From Octopus vulgaris (lineage: Eukaryota): DNA of 64,000 bases. Each line of letters opens with the position of its first letter. The stretch's first letter is position 1. The notes under the pieces are model-generated. The model searched no databases. It saw only the letters and a program-made list of their open reading frames with translations, and was not told the origin of the DNA. Positions 53,143 to 64,000 of this stretch are shown one piece after another. Made by a program: the position numbers and the translations under genes. Location: contig OX597818.1 in the NCBI GenBank assembly GCA_951406725.2, forward strand, positions 43,090,001 through 43,154,000, in the 5' to 3' direction.

Positions 53143-55466
53143 GTAAGTATCTATTCTTCAAGAATTATTTCTTTCTCAAAAGCCAACATTGAAAACATGC
53201 TTATTCTTCAATAAGTTTTCACAATCCTTATACTCAAATTAATATTCTGAAATTTTCTAATTTGATAGCTGATATTTTCTAACTCTCTCTTTCCTTTTCT
53301 CTCTGTCTTTCCTCTCCTCTCCTCCTTTCTCTCTTCTTTCCTATCTCTCTTCTCTCTTTCTGTATCCCTCTCTCTTACTCCTCTTGTCTCTTTCTGAAAA
53401 AAAAAGTAACCATCAAACACCTATATTATGAGCAATCAGATTAAAAAGAATGTTTATTTCTATTTTAATTCTTTTAGACAGTTAACTCAACAATAGGAAT
53501 AAAAATAACTAAAACTTTCTAGATTTTGCTTTAGCTTTGTTCTTGCCCTCACCCACCCTTATTGAGAAACAGATAGTTTTAAATATTTCAGGAGATTTTT
53601 CTGCCAGTCTTACAAATGGTTTCACTTTTTCAATATATTATGTACATCTCCCGAGACACAAGATGCTAATTAAGTCAGCTGAAATATGTTGTTATTGCTG
53701 AGAGGTTACAGATATATTAGCAGCTTTAGATAGAGAATAGTTTGTCAGTTTGACTGCCAAAGAATAATGATGTCCTGTCTGATTTTTAAACCTTTCCACA
53801 TGAAAAATGTGATTGTATTGACAATGCAGCAAAACACATTGATAGCAGGATTAAGGTCAATAAGACTAAAAGCAATTTTAAGTGGTTCTGTTGAAAGTTG
53901 AAAGTGTTTATACATCATCTACAAAGATTACCTTCTCAAAAAAAAAAGAAAAAAAAAGCAAAAAAAAACAAACAATGAAAGGAAAAGTGACTGTTACAAG
54001 ATTAAAATGAATGGTAGTCTCCTGAGTTAGTCTGAGCTACTAACTAATTAGAATAAACTTAGGTCCTGCAGTTTTCTGATAAGTTTAGACACAATTTATT
54101 ACAGTGATACCTCCAGACTTGGTGTGCCAAGAAAAAAGACTAGCCTTATATAAGTAATCAATGAAAGAGAAAGCACAGTTTTGATGTAAAACAATCTCTG
54201 CTAGAATTCTTTTTCGTATTTTTCATGTATGTTACATAACCATCATGTTTCCATTCACTACAGAGTTTTCATGAAACATATTTTGTTCCAAAATTTATCT
54301 GATTTTGTGCACTAGAGATGTAGCTCCTTTTGAAGATTTGTCAGTTGCATAGAATATTCCTTTAGGTTTGAGTACTTTTATACAATTTGGCACTCGTGCC
54401 AGTGGAGTGCCAACAGCTCCATCTGAGCGGGATCACTGCTAGAGTAGCTGTCTGGCTTCCATCCTGGTGGGCATGTAAAAAGCACCATTTGAGCGTGATC
54501 GTTACCAGCATCACCTCAGTGGCACGTAAACAAAACATTCAAGTGAGGTCGTTACCAGTGCCACTGGAATGACTCCTGTGCAGGTGGCACATAAAAAACA
54601 CCATTTTGAGCTTGGCCGTTGCTAGTACCACCAGACTGGCCCTCGTGCCTGTGGCACGTAAAAGCACCCACTACACTCTCGGAGTGGTTGGCGTTAGGAA
54701 GGGCATCCAGCTGTAGAAACTCTTCTAGATCAGATTGGAGCCTGGCGCAGCCATCTGGTTTGTCAGTCCTCAGTCAAATTGTCCAACCCATGCTAGCATG
54801 GAAAGCGGACGTTAAAGGATGATGATGATGATGATGATGATAACTAGTGCAAGCAAAATATAGTGTTTTACTCAGAAATACAGCAAAATACCATCAACAT
54901 CATTGAGTTGATAGTTCAATGTCTTTTTTATACGTTAAACACAAACCATCTTACATAAGTAATTTATTCTTTATCGAATCTCATTCACAGCACATGAAAA
55001 AAAAAATAGTGTTTTTGCCCAGAAATACAGCAAAATACCATCGACATCATTGAATTAATAGTTCAATACTTTTTTCTTTTATAAGTGTCAAGCACAGAAA
55101 GTATTGTATGGAAATAATTTATACTTTAATTTGTTTCACGGGTTAACTGAAATGATCAATACTTCTCACTTGCAGTGTCTTCTCCATATTCGAGTTAGTT
55201 CTACCTCTATTTTATGGTATTTAACAAAGAATGCCTGTATGGAACTGACTCAAATTATTTTTCCAGGAATATTGCACAAATGAATTCAAAACCCAATCTT
55301 TAGTGATACAATGCAAATGTAAAAATTCTGTCATATTTGATTTAACCATCTCTATCATCAGTGATCTTGAGTTTTAAATATTCATTTACTAGTATATTCA
55401 TTAAAAGTTGTTATAAAATACTATTTTTCTTTAATGATCTCTGTTTCTCTCTTTCCTTTAATCCAG

Positions 55467-55615
55467 TCGGCACACTGCGTCGGGCTTTTCGTGGTTTATG
55501 GGACAGCGTTATGTTTCATACAGTGATAAAAAGTCGTGGAAGGATACCAGCCAGTGATGGTTTCATTGCTCGGAGAGTTGCTGGACCTGGGCTTGCATCC
55601 AATTATTTTTTTCAA
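55467..55615 (+). CDS. Host gene exon H (FGTLRRAFRGLWDSVMFHTVIKSRGRIPASDGFIARRVAGPGLASNYFFQ)
   Basis: Pyrimidine tract plus ccag acceptor, gtaagc donor, 149 nt, phase 1/0. Confidence 0.9.
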
Positions 55616-55958
55616 GTAAGCATAAATTTTATTTTTTATACTTGATTGCTTTACTTATTATTCCAAAGTTGTGATTGCTGTTGTAGTTGTTTAGCCCCCA
55701 GGTCAGTCTTGATAAAACGAACTTAAAATCAAAGGTATGTCATTCATGACCGTCCCCTTTTTCCTTTCTTTCTTTCTTTTTTTTTTTGTATACCCAGGAC
55801 AAGATTGTCCAGTACTTTCTTCCTTTTTTAAAATGGTATAATAATTTCATACAATTCTTATAAGAAAAGAAATAGCTGAATTTCCACAAAATTCTGCAGC
55901 TATTACATACTGCTGTTGCTACAAATACTTTGTAAATGCAGAAGTTTTAATGAATTAA

Positions 55959-56178
55959 CCCTTTCGTTACCAACCCGGCTGAAACCGGCTCTGGTTCTGA
56001 GTACAAATGTCTTGTTTTCATAAGTTCTGAATTAAAATCTTCCACAAATCCTTAGTCACAATTTATGTTCTTAACACTAGCCGAATGATAACTAAGTTAT
56101 TTTACTAAATTCTTTGTTATATTTAAAGTAATTGAAAGAAACACAGAGCATCTCAAAATAAATACAGTAACAAAAGGG
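55959..56178. mobile_element. piggyBac-type MITE with TTAA TSD
   Basis: TTAA-ccctttcgttac...gtaacaaaaggg-TTAA. An inverted copy is at 61393-61614, and older relatives are near 12960-13180, 15170-15390 and 46080-46240. Confidence 0.85.
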
Positions 56179-56474
56179 TTAAAGCCTGCTTACACTGTTT
56201 TACCTCTTGGATTATTCTTGCTTCACTTCAATTCTTTAGTAGTCACAATCCTTGGTATGAAACATGGACTATGGCCCAAAAGATTCAACATAGTACTGAC
56301 AGCTCCCGATGCCTCACACACCTTTAAAATTAAGGGATATTCTATGAATTTTGTGCTGTGTCATTCTACCCACATTAGAAGACCAATATGGTCACCCTTA
56401 AAAAAGTATTTTGAGATATTGGTCTAATGATTTGCTCACTTAGTAATTTGTATTGTTCTAATGAAATTAGGTTA

Positions 56475-56695
56475 TACAAGAGTGTACAGAAAAGTTCCTG
56501 GCTTTAAGGGTATCATGAAAGGTCTGATTGGAGCCCCAACCTTCTGAGTTCTTTTACAGGGCTTAGAAAAACTGAAGGATTACTGCAATAAGTATGTGAA
56601 TCTGAGAGGGAAATATGTTGAATAAAATCATAATTAACTGATCCTCCTGTATTTTCTTTTACTCAAAGCCTGGAACTTTTCAGTAGCCCCTCATA
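56475..56695. mobile_element. Short mariner-like MITE
   Basis: Imperfect TIRs containing gaaaagttcctggcttt / aaagcctggaacttttc. Confidence 0.55.
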
Positions 56696-58074
56696 TGTTT
56701 TTTTTCTTTTTTTCTTCTTTCCTGTGGTGAAGAAAGTGATAATTTCAAGTTATTAAAATAATAGAAAAGGTTAAATCTCCACAATGCAGTTGCTGCTATG
56801 AATTCAATGTAAAAGACTATCTCTGCCAGTTAGACACTCAGAACCTTTAGTAATTTAAAGCCTGCTTCAAACACGCTTGACCTTTGAGTTGTTCTTCTGG
56901 TTGTAAGGCATAATATGAGGGAGATTTGGCTATTTCTACCTAGTCAAACAATCATATTGAAGATCCTTCATTGACTTGTGATTTTGATGTTTTAGTATGG
57001 TATAATTTTCATTGCTATTATCATTCATGTGAAATAGTTTCTTGTTTTATACATATAAGCTAAAAGCTATTTTCTTTCATCTCATTTGTTCAATATATTT
57101 CTGCTGATTCTAAACATTATGCCCTTAAGGTGGTAAACCAATATCTAACAGGGAAGATGTCTTCATCTTGATTGCCACCCTTGAAGTGTTAAGATTTGGT
57201 TAAGCACAATAAACTGGAATGCTATATTCCCATGTTTATATTGCAGATGGAGTTCACTATATTCCTTCAAACTATGGCCATTGATTCAAACTTGTTAAAA
57301 TCATTTTGCAGTATTTGAGCAATTTATATTCTTAGAAAAGGTGTGTGGTCCATTGATAATGTATGAAGAGACACACTTTTATAACAGCTGTGTAAATATA
57401 AGGAATATTTCTACACAGCACATGCTGCTTTTATTCAGAATTAAAGCTAATATTTAATGGAAAGACAAAATAAACATTATCTCATAATATGAGTGATTGA
57501 GTGCAAAACCTTTCTAATATAAAATAGATCCCCATTACTTCTGATATATAATAAATCCCTTTTTCTCGGCAAGTAGGTCAGAAGGGAGTCTAGGTGGAGA
57601 AGGAGTTAAAATCTTCACAGTAAATGAAATCTCTTTTCTTGCTAATTCTCCTTAACTTCCTACTCTCCATTTCCCTCAATTATTTTCAGTCTTTCAGCAT
57701 TTATAGATCATGATCCCTAAAATATACTTTGATGGTGGTGGAAAGGGCAAGGATAATGCTTCATTGTGTTTGTGTTCTTCTTCTTGGGTGGAATTTGCCT
57801 TTCATCTCTCCTGGTACAATAAAACAAATGCTATTAAGATGTTAAGGTACAAGGTATATTTATTCCCACTTCATTTAAAGTAACTAGCTTTTTGTCTCAT
57901 AAAAAATTTATATTTCTCATCGAATCAAAATACATTAAACATATTTTTAGAAACATTTTTATCGAACATAGCATTTTAAATTCTAAAATGCACACTTCTT
58001 ACAAGACATATATAACAACAAGGTTTCAATTCTACAGTGAGGTTCATATAAATATACACTCTCTCTGTTATTCA

Positions 58075-58450
58075 AATGTTGTCTGTTTTTCCATGCTTGC
58101 ATGGGTTGGATAAATTCTCTCCTATACAACATTCCACCAACTTGTTGGCTGTGTTCCTTAATCATCATTTGTGTGAGGTTCAGTTTCCTGGGATCAGCCT
58201 TCTCTATTTCTGTCTTTGTCTTCCTTAGTTTTTCTCTTCCATTGGATCTTTCCACATGGATCTTCTGGATCTTGCTAAGTTTACTCTGAGGTCTCTTGAT
58301 TCTAAATTTTGTTTCCACATCTAGGACTTTTACTCTAAATCTTACACAGTCTCAGCTAATAAGCACTAGGTCATCAGTATATAGGAACTCCCATGAGCAA
58401 CCAGTCTTAACCTCTTCTGTTGTGTCTTCAGGACCATAATAAATAGGGGG
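58075..58450 (-). mobile_element. Degenerate RTE-like LINE RT fragment
   Basis: Minus strand reads WEFLYTDDLVLI (YADD-box region) followed by KTK, and ends in a tail like the (GAT)n retroposon family. Confidence 0.55.
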
Positions 58451-58746
58451 GGACTCCTGCTTGCACTTCAAACTCAATTCCAACCCTGACTTAGCTGATA
58501 ACATCTTTATACATGGTTGGCACTTCTGCTGAACTATTCTTCAACTCCAGATTAATGTGTCTGCGCAGGCAAGCATGGATGTGTGGTTAAGAAGTTCACT
58601 TCACAACTATGTAGCTTTGAGTTCAGTCCCACTGCATGGCACTTTGGGCACATGTCTTCTACTATAGCCTCAGGATAACCAATACCCTGTGAAAGAATTT
58701 GGTAGATAGAAACTGAAAGAAGCCCATTGTATGTGTTTTTTTCACT

Positions 58747-58813
<67 letters not shown>

Positions 58814-59448
58814 GTTTACAATCCATATTGAGCTACATACAGCAAAAAAAAAAAAAGGTGATGTTTGTTGATATTCCCTGCTCACAAATCTGCTAGCTCA
58901 ATGCTTTCAAATTCCTTTTAAATTCCCTTTCTTGGGAAACAGGTAAGGGTTGGCTATAAGGAGAGCATCTGTAAAAACCCGACTTCAATTCCCCATCTGA
59001 GCCATGCTAGCATGGAAAATAGATGTAGAATGAACGAATGGTATATGTGTTGTATGAGTGTAAGTGTGTCTGTTCCAGCAAACGATATAAGTTTTAGCAA
59101 GGAATGCAATAAACTGATGACCATTAAATGAAAATTCCTTGTGATGTTTGTTCCAACCAATTTGTGCAGGCAGTCCTTAGATGCCTACTTCATTGTAAAA
59201 GCACTGAACTAGAACTGTTGTTTGCAAACTGCATTATGAAATTAAAATTTGAATTTAAAAAAAAAAGAACAACTTGGGTTAATTCAATCAATAATGATTC
59301 TACTCCTACAATGGGCCAATGTAAAAATGTCTGTACAGGTGGTGCTGGTGATGGTAGTGGTGGCTTTGGTGGTGGTTTTGGAGGTGTCAGCAGTAATTTA
59401 TTTTTATTTTCATTTTTTTTCTTCTTTGTTTTATTTTCTTTTACCTAG

Positions 59449-59561
59449 ATTAAACCTGAACAGTCTTTGGCTGCCATTGAAGCCAAACTGGAGTTTGATG
59501 AGCTAGAAGCTTGGAAAAATAATGTTTTGAAAGTCATAGAATATCCTGAAGAAGAATACAG
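59449..59561 (+). CDS. Host gene exon I (IKPEQSLAAIEAKLEFDELEAWKNNVLKVIEYPEEEYR); gene probably continues past the window
   Basis: Long T-rich tract plus ctag acceptor, CAG/gtatgt donor, 113 nt, phase 0/2. Confidence 0.88.
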
Positions 59562-61275
59562 GTATGTTGCTTCATATATCACACCTATTTTCATAAAGCT
59601 ATTTGGTCAAGGTAATACACACTTTCTGTGGCTATTGATTTATTCACATCTAACTTGTTCTATCGATTTTATTCTTTTTTTTTTTTAAATTCTGCTGTCT
59701 CTGCAATTACTTCAATTAATCTTGTTCATTTGTTTACAGACTGATGTAATAAGTAATTTCTTGTTACATAGCTGCAGGTCAGCTCTGTCTGAACAAACAA
59801 ACAAACTTATAAGCAATGACATTCTATATGTGACTATATTTTTTCCAACCAATCTATCAATAATTACATTATCCAATATGTCTTCCCTTTATTTTTTTTT
59901 TTTAGACAGCAGTTACGATATGGAGGAGATTCAGCTTCTATATTTAGCTAGTCAAGTGATCATCAAGATCCCCCATTCAATCCCATTATGTTGGCTTGTA
60001 ATAAACAAATTATACACGAAATGGTTGTCTCTTCAAATTATGGAGAAATAATTATGGTGGGAGGGGCAAGATATTTATTTTCATATCACCTTTATCTATT
60101 TAATGATTATCAGTTTTCTGTTAGCTTCTATTTTTCTTTCTACCATATTTGATGGCTTGAAAGATTCCCAGGAATATCAGACACACCCCAATTTCAACAG
60201 TGTATGTTCAGGATAAAATGTTAAAAGTACATTAAAGCTTATGGGAAACCCAACCTTACACATAAGTGATTTCTTTCTTTCTTTTTTTTTTTTTTTTTTT
60301 TTTTGAGACATCTTTCTGAAAAAAAAAAATGCATCTTACATGCCATCGAATATGTTAATTTTCCTTTCTCTATTATTCTCTTCTGTCTTCTTGGCCTGCC
60401 CCTCCCCTCTTCTTCCCCATCTCCTACTTCATGTCTACCACACTAGTTATATGCATCTCCTCACAACCTGTTGACTTCTTAGCTGTTGTTTTTGTTGTTT
60501 AGTCTAAGTCAACCCTGATCAGATAAACCTCTCATCAAAGGCATACCAGCCTAAACCATCCTTTCTTATTTTCAGGATTACATTATCTATTGTGTCCTTT
60601 ATTTTTAAGATAGTAAGGTGTGATTAAAAGGAAATTTGCTTATTATTTCTAGCATGTCTACATGCCACTTCGAGGCTCCCTCACTTGAGCTCTTAGTCAT
60701 CTCAACAGGTAATCCTCTCTTAAGTAGGTATCCTATCCCCAACCCACTACCGTCAGTCATCCAATTCTCATCATCTGTTCTCAGCATGAATGCACTATAA
60801 AATTCAAAGACTTTTTTTTATGGCTTTATATATTAACTTGATTTCCGTCTACACTGTAATCTTTATTTTCAATTCTTTTCTTACCTTTGAATATATTACA
60901 ACAGCCAGTCTATAAATACGACTGTTACATTTGTGTTGTGATGGAGAAAATTTTTGTTATCAATAAAAGCAGGCCTCTCAACGTTCACTAAGTTATTATT
61001 AATGACACCACCACAGCAATGCTGGTTAAATCAATCAAATGACCAGGCACCACCTGTAATTTCAGACCTCCACTGGGTACTACCTGATGTGTAATCAGTA
61101 ATTCTGAAAGCATCTGGTTTCTTTCTGTCTAAAACCTCATTACTCATTTGCTGCGTCGGCTGATCGTACTGCTGCCTGTTAAATATTGATTTCTTAACAT
61201 AGACACTGAGAATCTTTACAAAGTGATTTAAGGGAAATATCTCTGACCAACAAACCAACAAATGAGCCTCTACAT

Positions 61276-61749
61276 CAGTGCTTCTCAACCATTTTTTATC
61301 AGTGGAATTCTTTGATTCCCATTTTGCTCTACTTGACCTCCATAGCCATTTGATACAGATAACAAAAATTCCTACTGTATTTTTATAATTAACCCTTTTG
61401 TTACTGTATTTATTTTGAGATGCTCTATGTTTCTTTCAATTAATTTTAAATATAACAAAGAATTTAGTAAAATAACTTAGTCATCATTCAGCTAGTGTTA
61501 GGAACATTAATTGTGACTTAGGTTTGGTGGAAGGTTTTAATTCAAAACTTATGAAAACAAGACATTTGTACTACAGAGCCAGAGCTGGTTTCAGCTGGGT
61601 TGGTAACAAAAGGGTTAAACATTATCAGGAATTGTATAAAAAAAAATTGTGTATTGTAAAAGTATAAGCAATTCATTACACATAAATTTTAACAACGAAA
61701 TATTATATGGACCTACGAGGGCCATATGAACATCAGTTGAGAACCATTG
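61276..61749. mobile_element. hAT-type MITE (family of 23011-23265) with a nested piggyBac-type MITE at 61393-61614
   Basis: Termini cagtgcttctcaac...gttgagaaccattg with TSD ctctacat/ctctatat. The nested element has a TTAA duplication. Confidence 0.8.
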
Positions 61750-61996
61750 CTCTATATGGTCATTGGACCTGCTAGAAAAAGCAGGCAAATTTTCCTCAAA
61801 CCATATCCTACCATAGGCATAGACATGGCTGTGTGGTAAGAAGTTTGCTTCCCAACCACATGATTTTGGATTTGGATTCAGTCCCACTATGTAGCACCTT
61901 GGGCAAAGTGTTTTCTACTATAGCCCCAGGTCAACCAAAGCCTTGTGAGTAGATTTGGTTGACAGAAACTGAAAGAAGCCCATTATACATGTGTGT

Positions 61997-62068
<72 letters not shown>

Positions 62069-62710
62069 TGTGTGTGTGTGTGTGTGTGCGTGCGTGCGTG
62101 TGTGTGTGTGTGTTGTTCCTCTGCTTGACAACTTGTTGGTTTGTTTATGTCCCTGTAATGTAGCAGTTCAGTAAAAAGACTGTCGAACAAGTATCAAATT
62201 TAAAAATAAGATATTGGTGTTGATTTCTTCCATTAAAACCTTTCAAAGTGATGCTCCAGCATAGCCACAATCCAATGACTGAAACAATCGAAACATAAAT
62301 GATAGATGAGTCTCTACTTGGTCTCTGGACCTGCTAGAAAAAGCATTGAAATTTTCCTCAAACCTATCCTACCATCTTAGAAAAAGTAAAGATACAATTT
62401 TGATAGTAGTTTTGATATATTGTCTAAAATTAGATGGGATGGCCATGGGTGGAATATTCAGTGATAGGATTACTCAATAAAGGCTGATCTGGCCTGGGAT
62501 TAAACAACAGCTCCTGAGAAATACTGCTTAATTTTTTTCTGTACTTTTAACTATTTAATCCATTCTTGTCGTTGAGGTCATGTAACCAGCTACTGAAATC
62601 GCAATACTGTTGGCATTCATCTGTTGATGAGTTCTTGTTATCAATGAGATCCTAATTATGAAGTTACAAGGATATACACGAGCCAACACTGGTCATTAAG
62701 TGGGGGAGAA

Positions 62711-62741
<31 letters not shown>

Positions 62742-63674
62742 AAGACAAAGACACACACAAACATGAGTATACATACACTCACCTATACATACACACACAT
62801 ACAATCACCTATACATACATACAAATGTGCACACACACACATCATCATCATCATTTAATGTCTGCTATCTTTGCTGTCATGAGTTGGACAGTTTGACCAG
62901 GGCTGGCAAGCTGAGGGGCTGCACCAGACTCAAGTCTGATTTGGCATGGTTTCTATGGCTGGATGTCCTTCCTAAAGGCTTCCACACAGTTTCCATCTGC
63001 CAAATTCATTCACAAAGCATTGGTCATCCTAGAGCTATTGTAGAAGACTCTTGCTTAAGGCTGCCATAAAGTGGGACTGAACCTGAAGCTGCATGGTTGC
63101 AAAGCAAGCTTCTTAACCATACAGCCATGCATTGATAGTAAAAAAAATTAATTCAGTGAGTGTAATAGCAGGAGAAAGATGAACTATTTTTATCTACTAT
63201 AAATCATCCATAAATGATATGAATTTACATGTTATTGTGTCTGCAGATAGTTTTGAAATAATTAGAATATATACCAAAGGGAAAAAGTAGAAAATGTATT
63301 TAATAATATGTTTTTTAAAAGCTATTCTTCAGTGAAAGCTAACTATTATAATCATGAATAATGATATCAAAGTTAGTGGGTCCGCCACATGCTCATGATA
63401 TTGTTATATCATTTACTTAATTAATGTTATCAGCTGGTTATTTTTTATCTAACAGTGATCAAATTGAGTGGCTTCCTCCATATGTGTGTGTATGATAGAT
63501 CATTAGCCACTACATACATTTTTTTCTCTCCTTGTTTCTCTCCTTGTTTTTCCTGTGTCCCTTTCTGTAGAAGTGCATAGGCTCAAAACGTAAAAGACTT
63601 TTTCTATTCCTGTGTGTTATACTAATACATCTGTTTGTTTTGTACACCACCTGTCTTCGTCTTTTGTAAACTCT

Positions 63675-63721
<47 letters not shown>

Positions 63722-63835
63722 TTTATGCACCAATATAAATATATATATATATATATACATACATATATATATATATACATACATATATATATATATACAC
63801 ATATATTTATGCATCAATATAAATATATATGTGTG

Positions 63836-63889
<54 letters not shown>

Positions 63890-63939
63890 ACATTTTATAA
63901 AGGGCTTAGTAAAATAAATTACTTTACCACATACTAAAC

Positions 63940-63975
<36 letters not shown>

Positions 63976-64000
63976 ACATTTTATAAAGGGCTTAGTAAAA

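Noticed and set aside
59906-59951. Phase-compatible candidate next or terminal exon after a strong poly-T acceptor (R-QQLRYGGDSASIFS-stop)
   Set aside because: It stops after 14 codons with no supporting evidence. The true next exon probably lies beyond the window, though a minor isoform cannot be excluded.
60915-61288. Minus-strand ORF extendable through one TGA (selenocysteine idea)
   Set aside because: There is no SECIS evidence or recognisable protein, and the ORF start lies inside a MITE.
3500-64000. Many ORF-track peptides rich in YI, CV, HT or N/I/L runs, or recurring SINE-derived peptides
   Set aside because: They are translations of microsatellites and SINEs, with no splice or protein-family support.

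Overview
AT-rich, microsatellite- and transposon-dense animal genomic DNA. The SINE and microsatellite profile suggests a coleoid cephalopod such as Octopus (inference, not verified). The window lies inside one + strand multi-exon gene. Nine phase-consistent GT-AG exons (943-59561, 1139 nt, about 379 codons, open at both ends, plus a possible short exon at 637-677) encode an uncharacterised multi-pass membrane protein that the ORF track mostly misses. The introns hold tRNA-derived SINEs, RTE, CR1 and Dong/R4 LINE fragments, a Penelope-like retroelement (RT + GIY-YIG), mariner and Tigger remnants, piggyBac-, hAT- and pogo-type MITEs and two non-autonomous Helitrons. The most notable hidden signal is a set of minimal type I hammerhead ribozyme motifs. 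One has an intact core with a compensatory U3-A8 pair and sits in a 362-bp tandem unit resembling a non-LTR retrozyme (7863-8418). A second, near-intact motif is at 18457-18509. Degenerate motifs occur in a fold-back tRNA-headed SINE (31611-32080) and elsewhere. All calls were read by eye, and element boundaries without a TSD or TIR are approximate.
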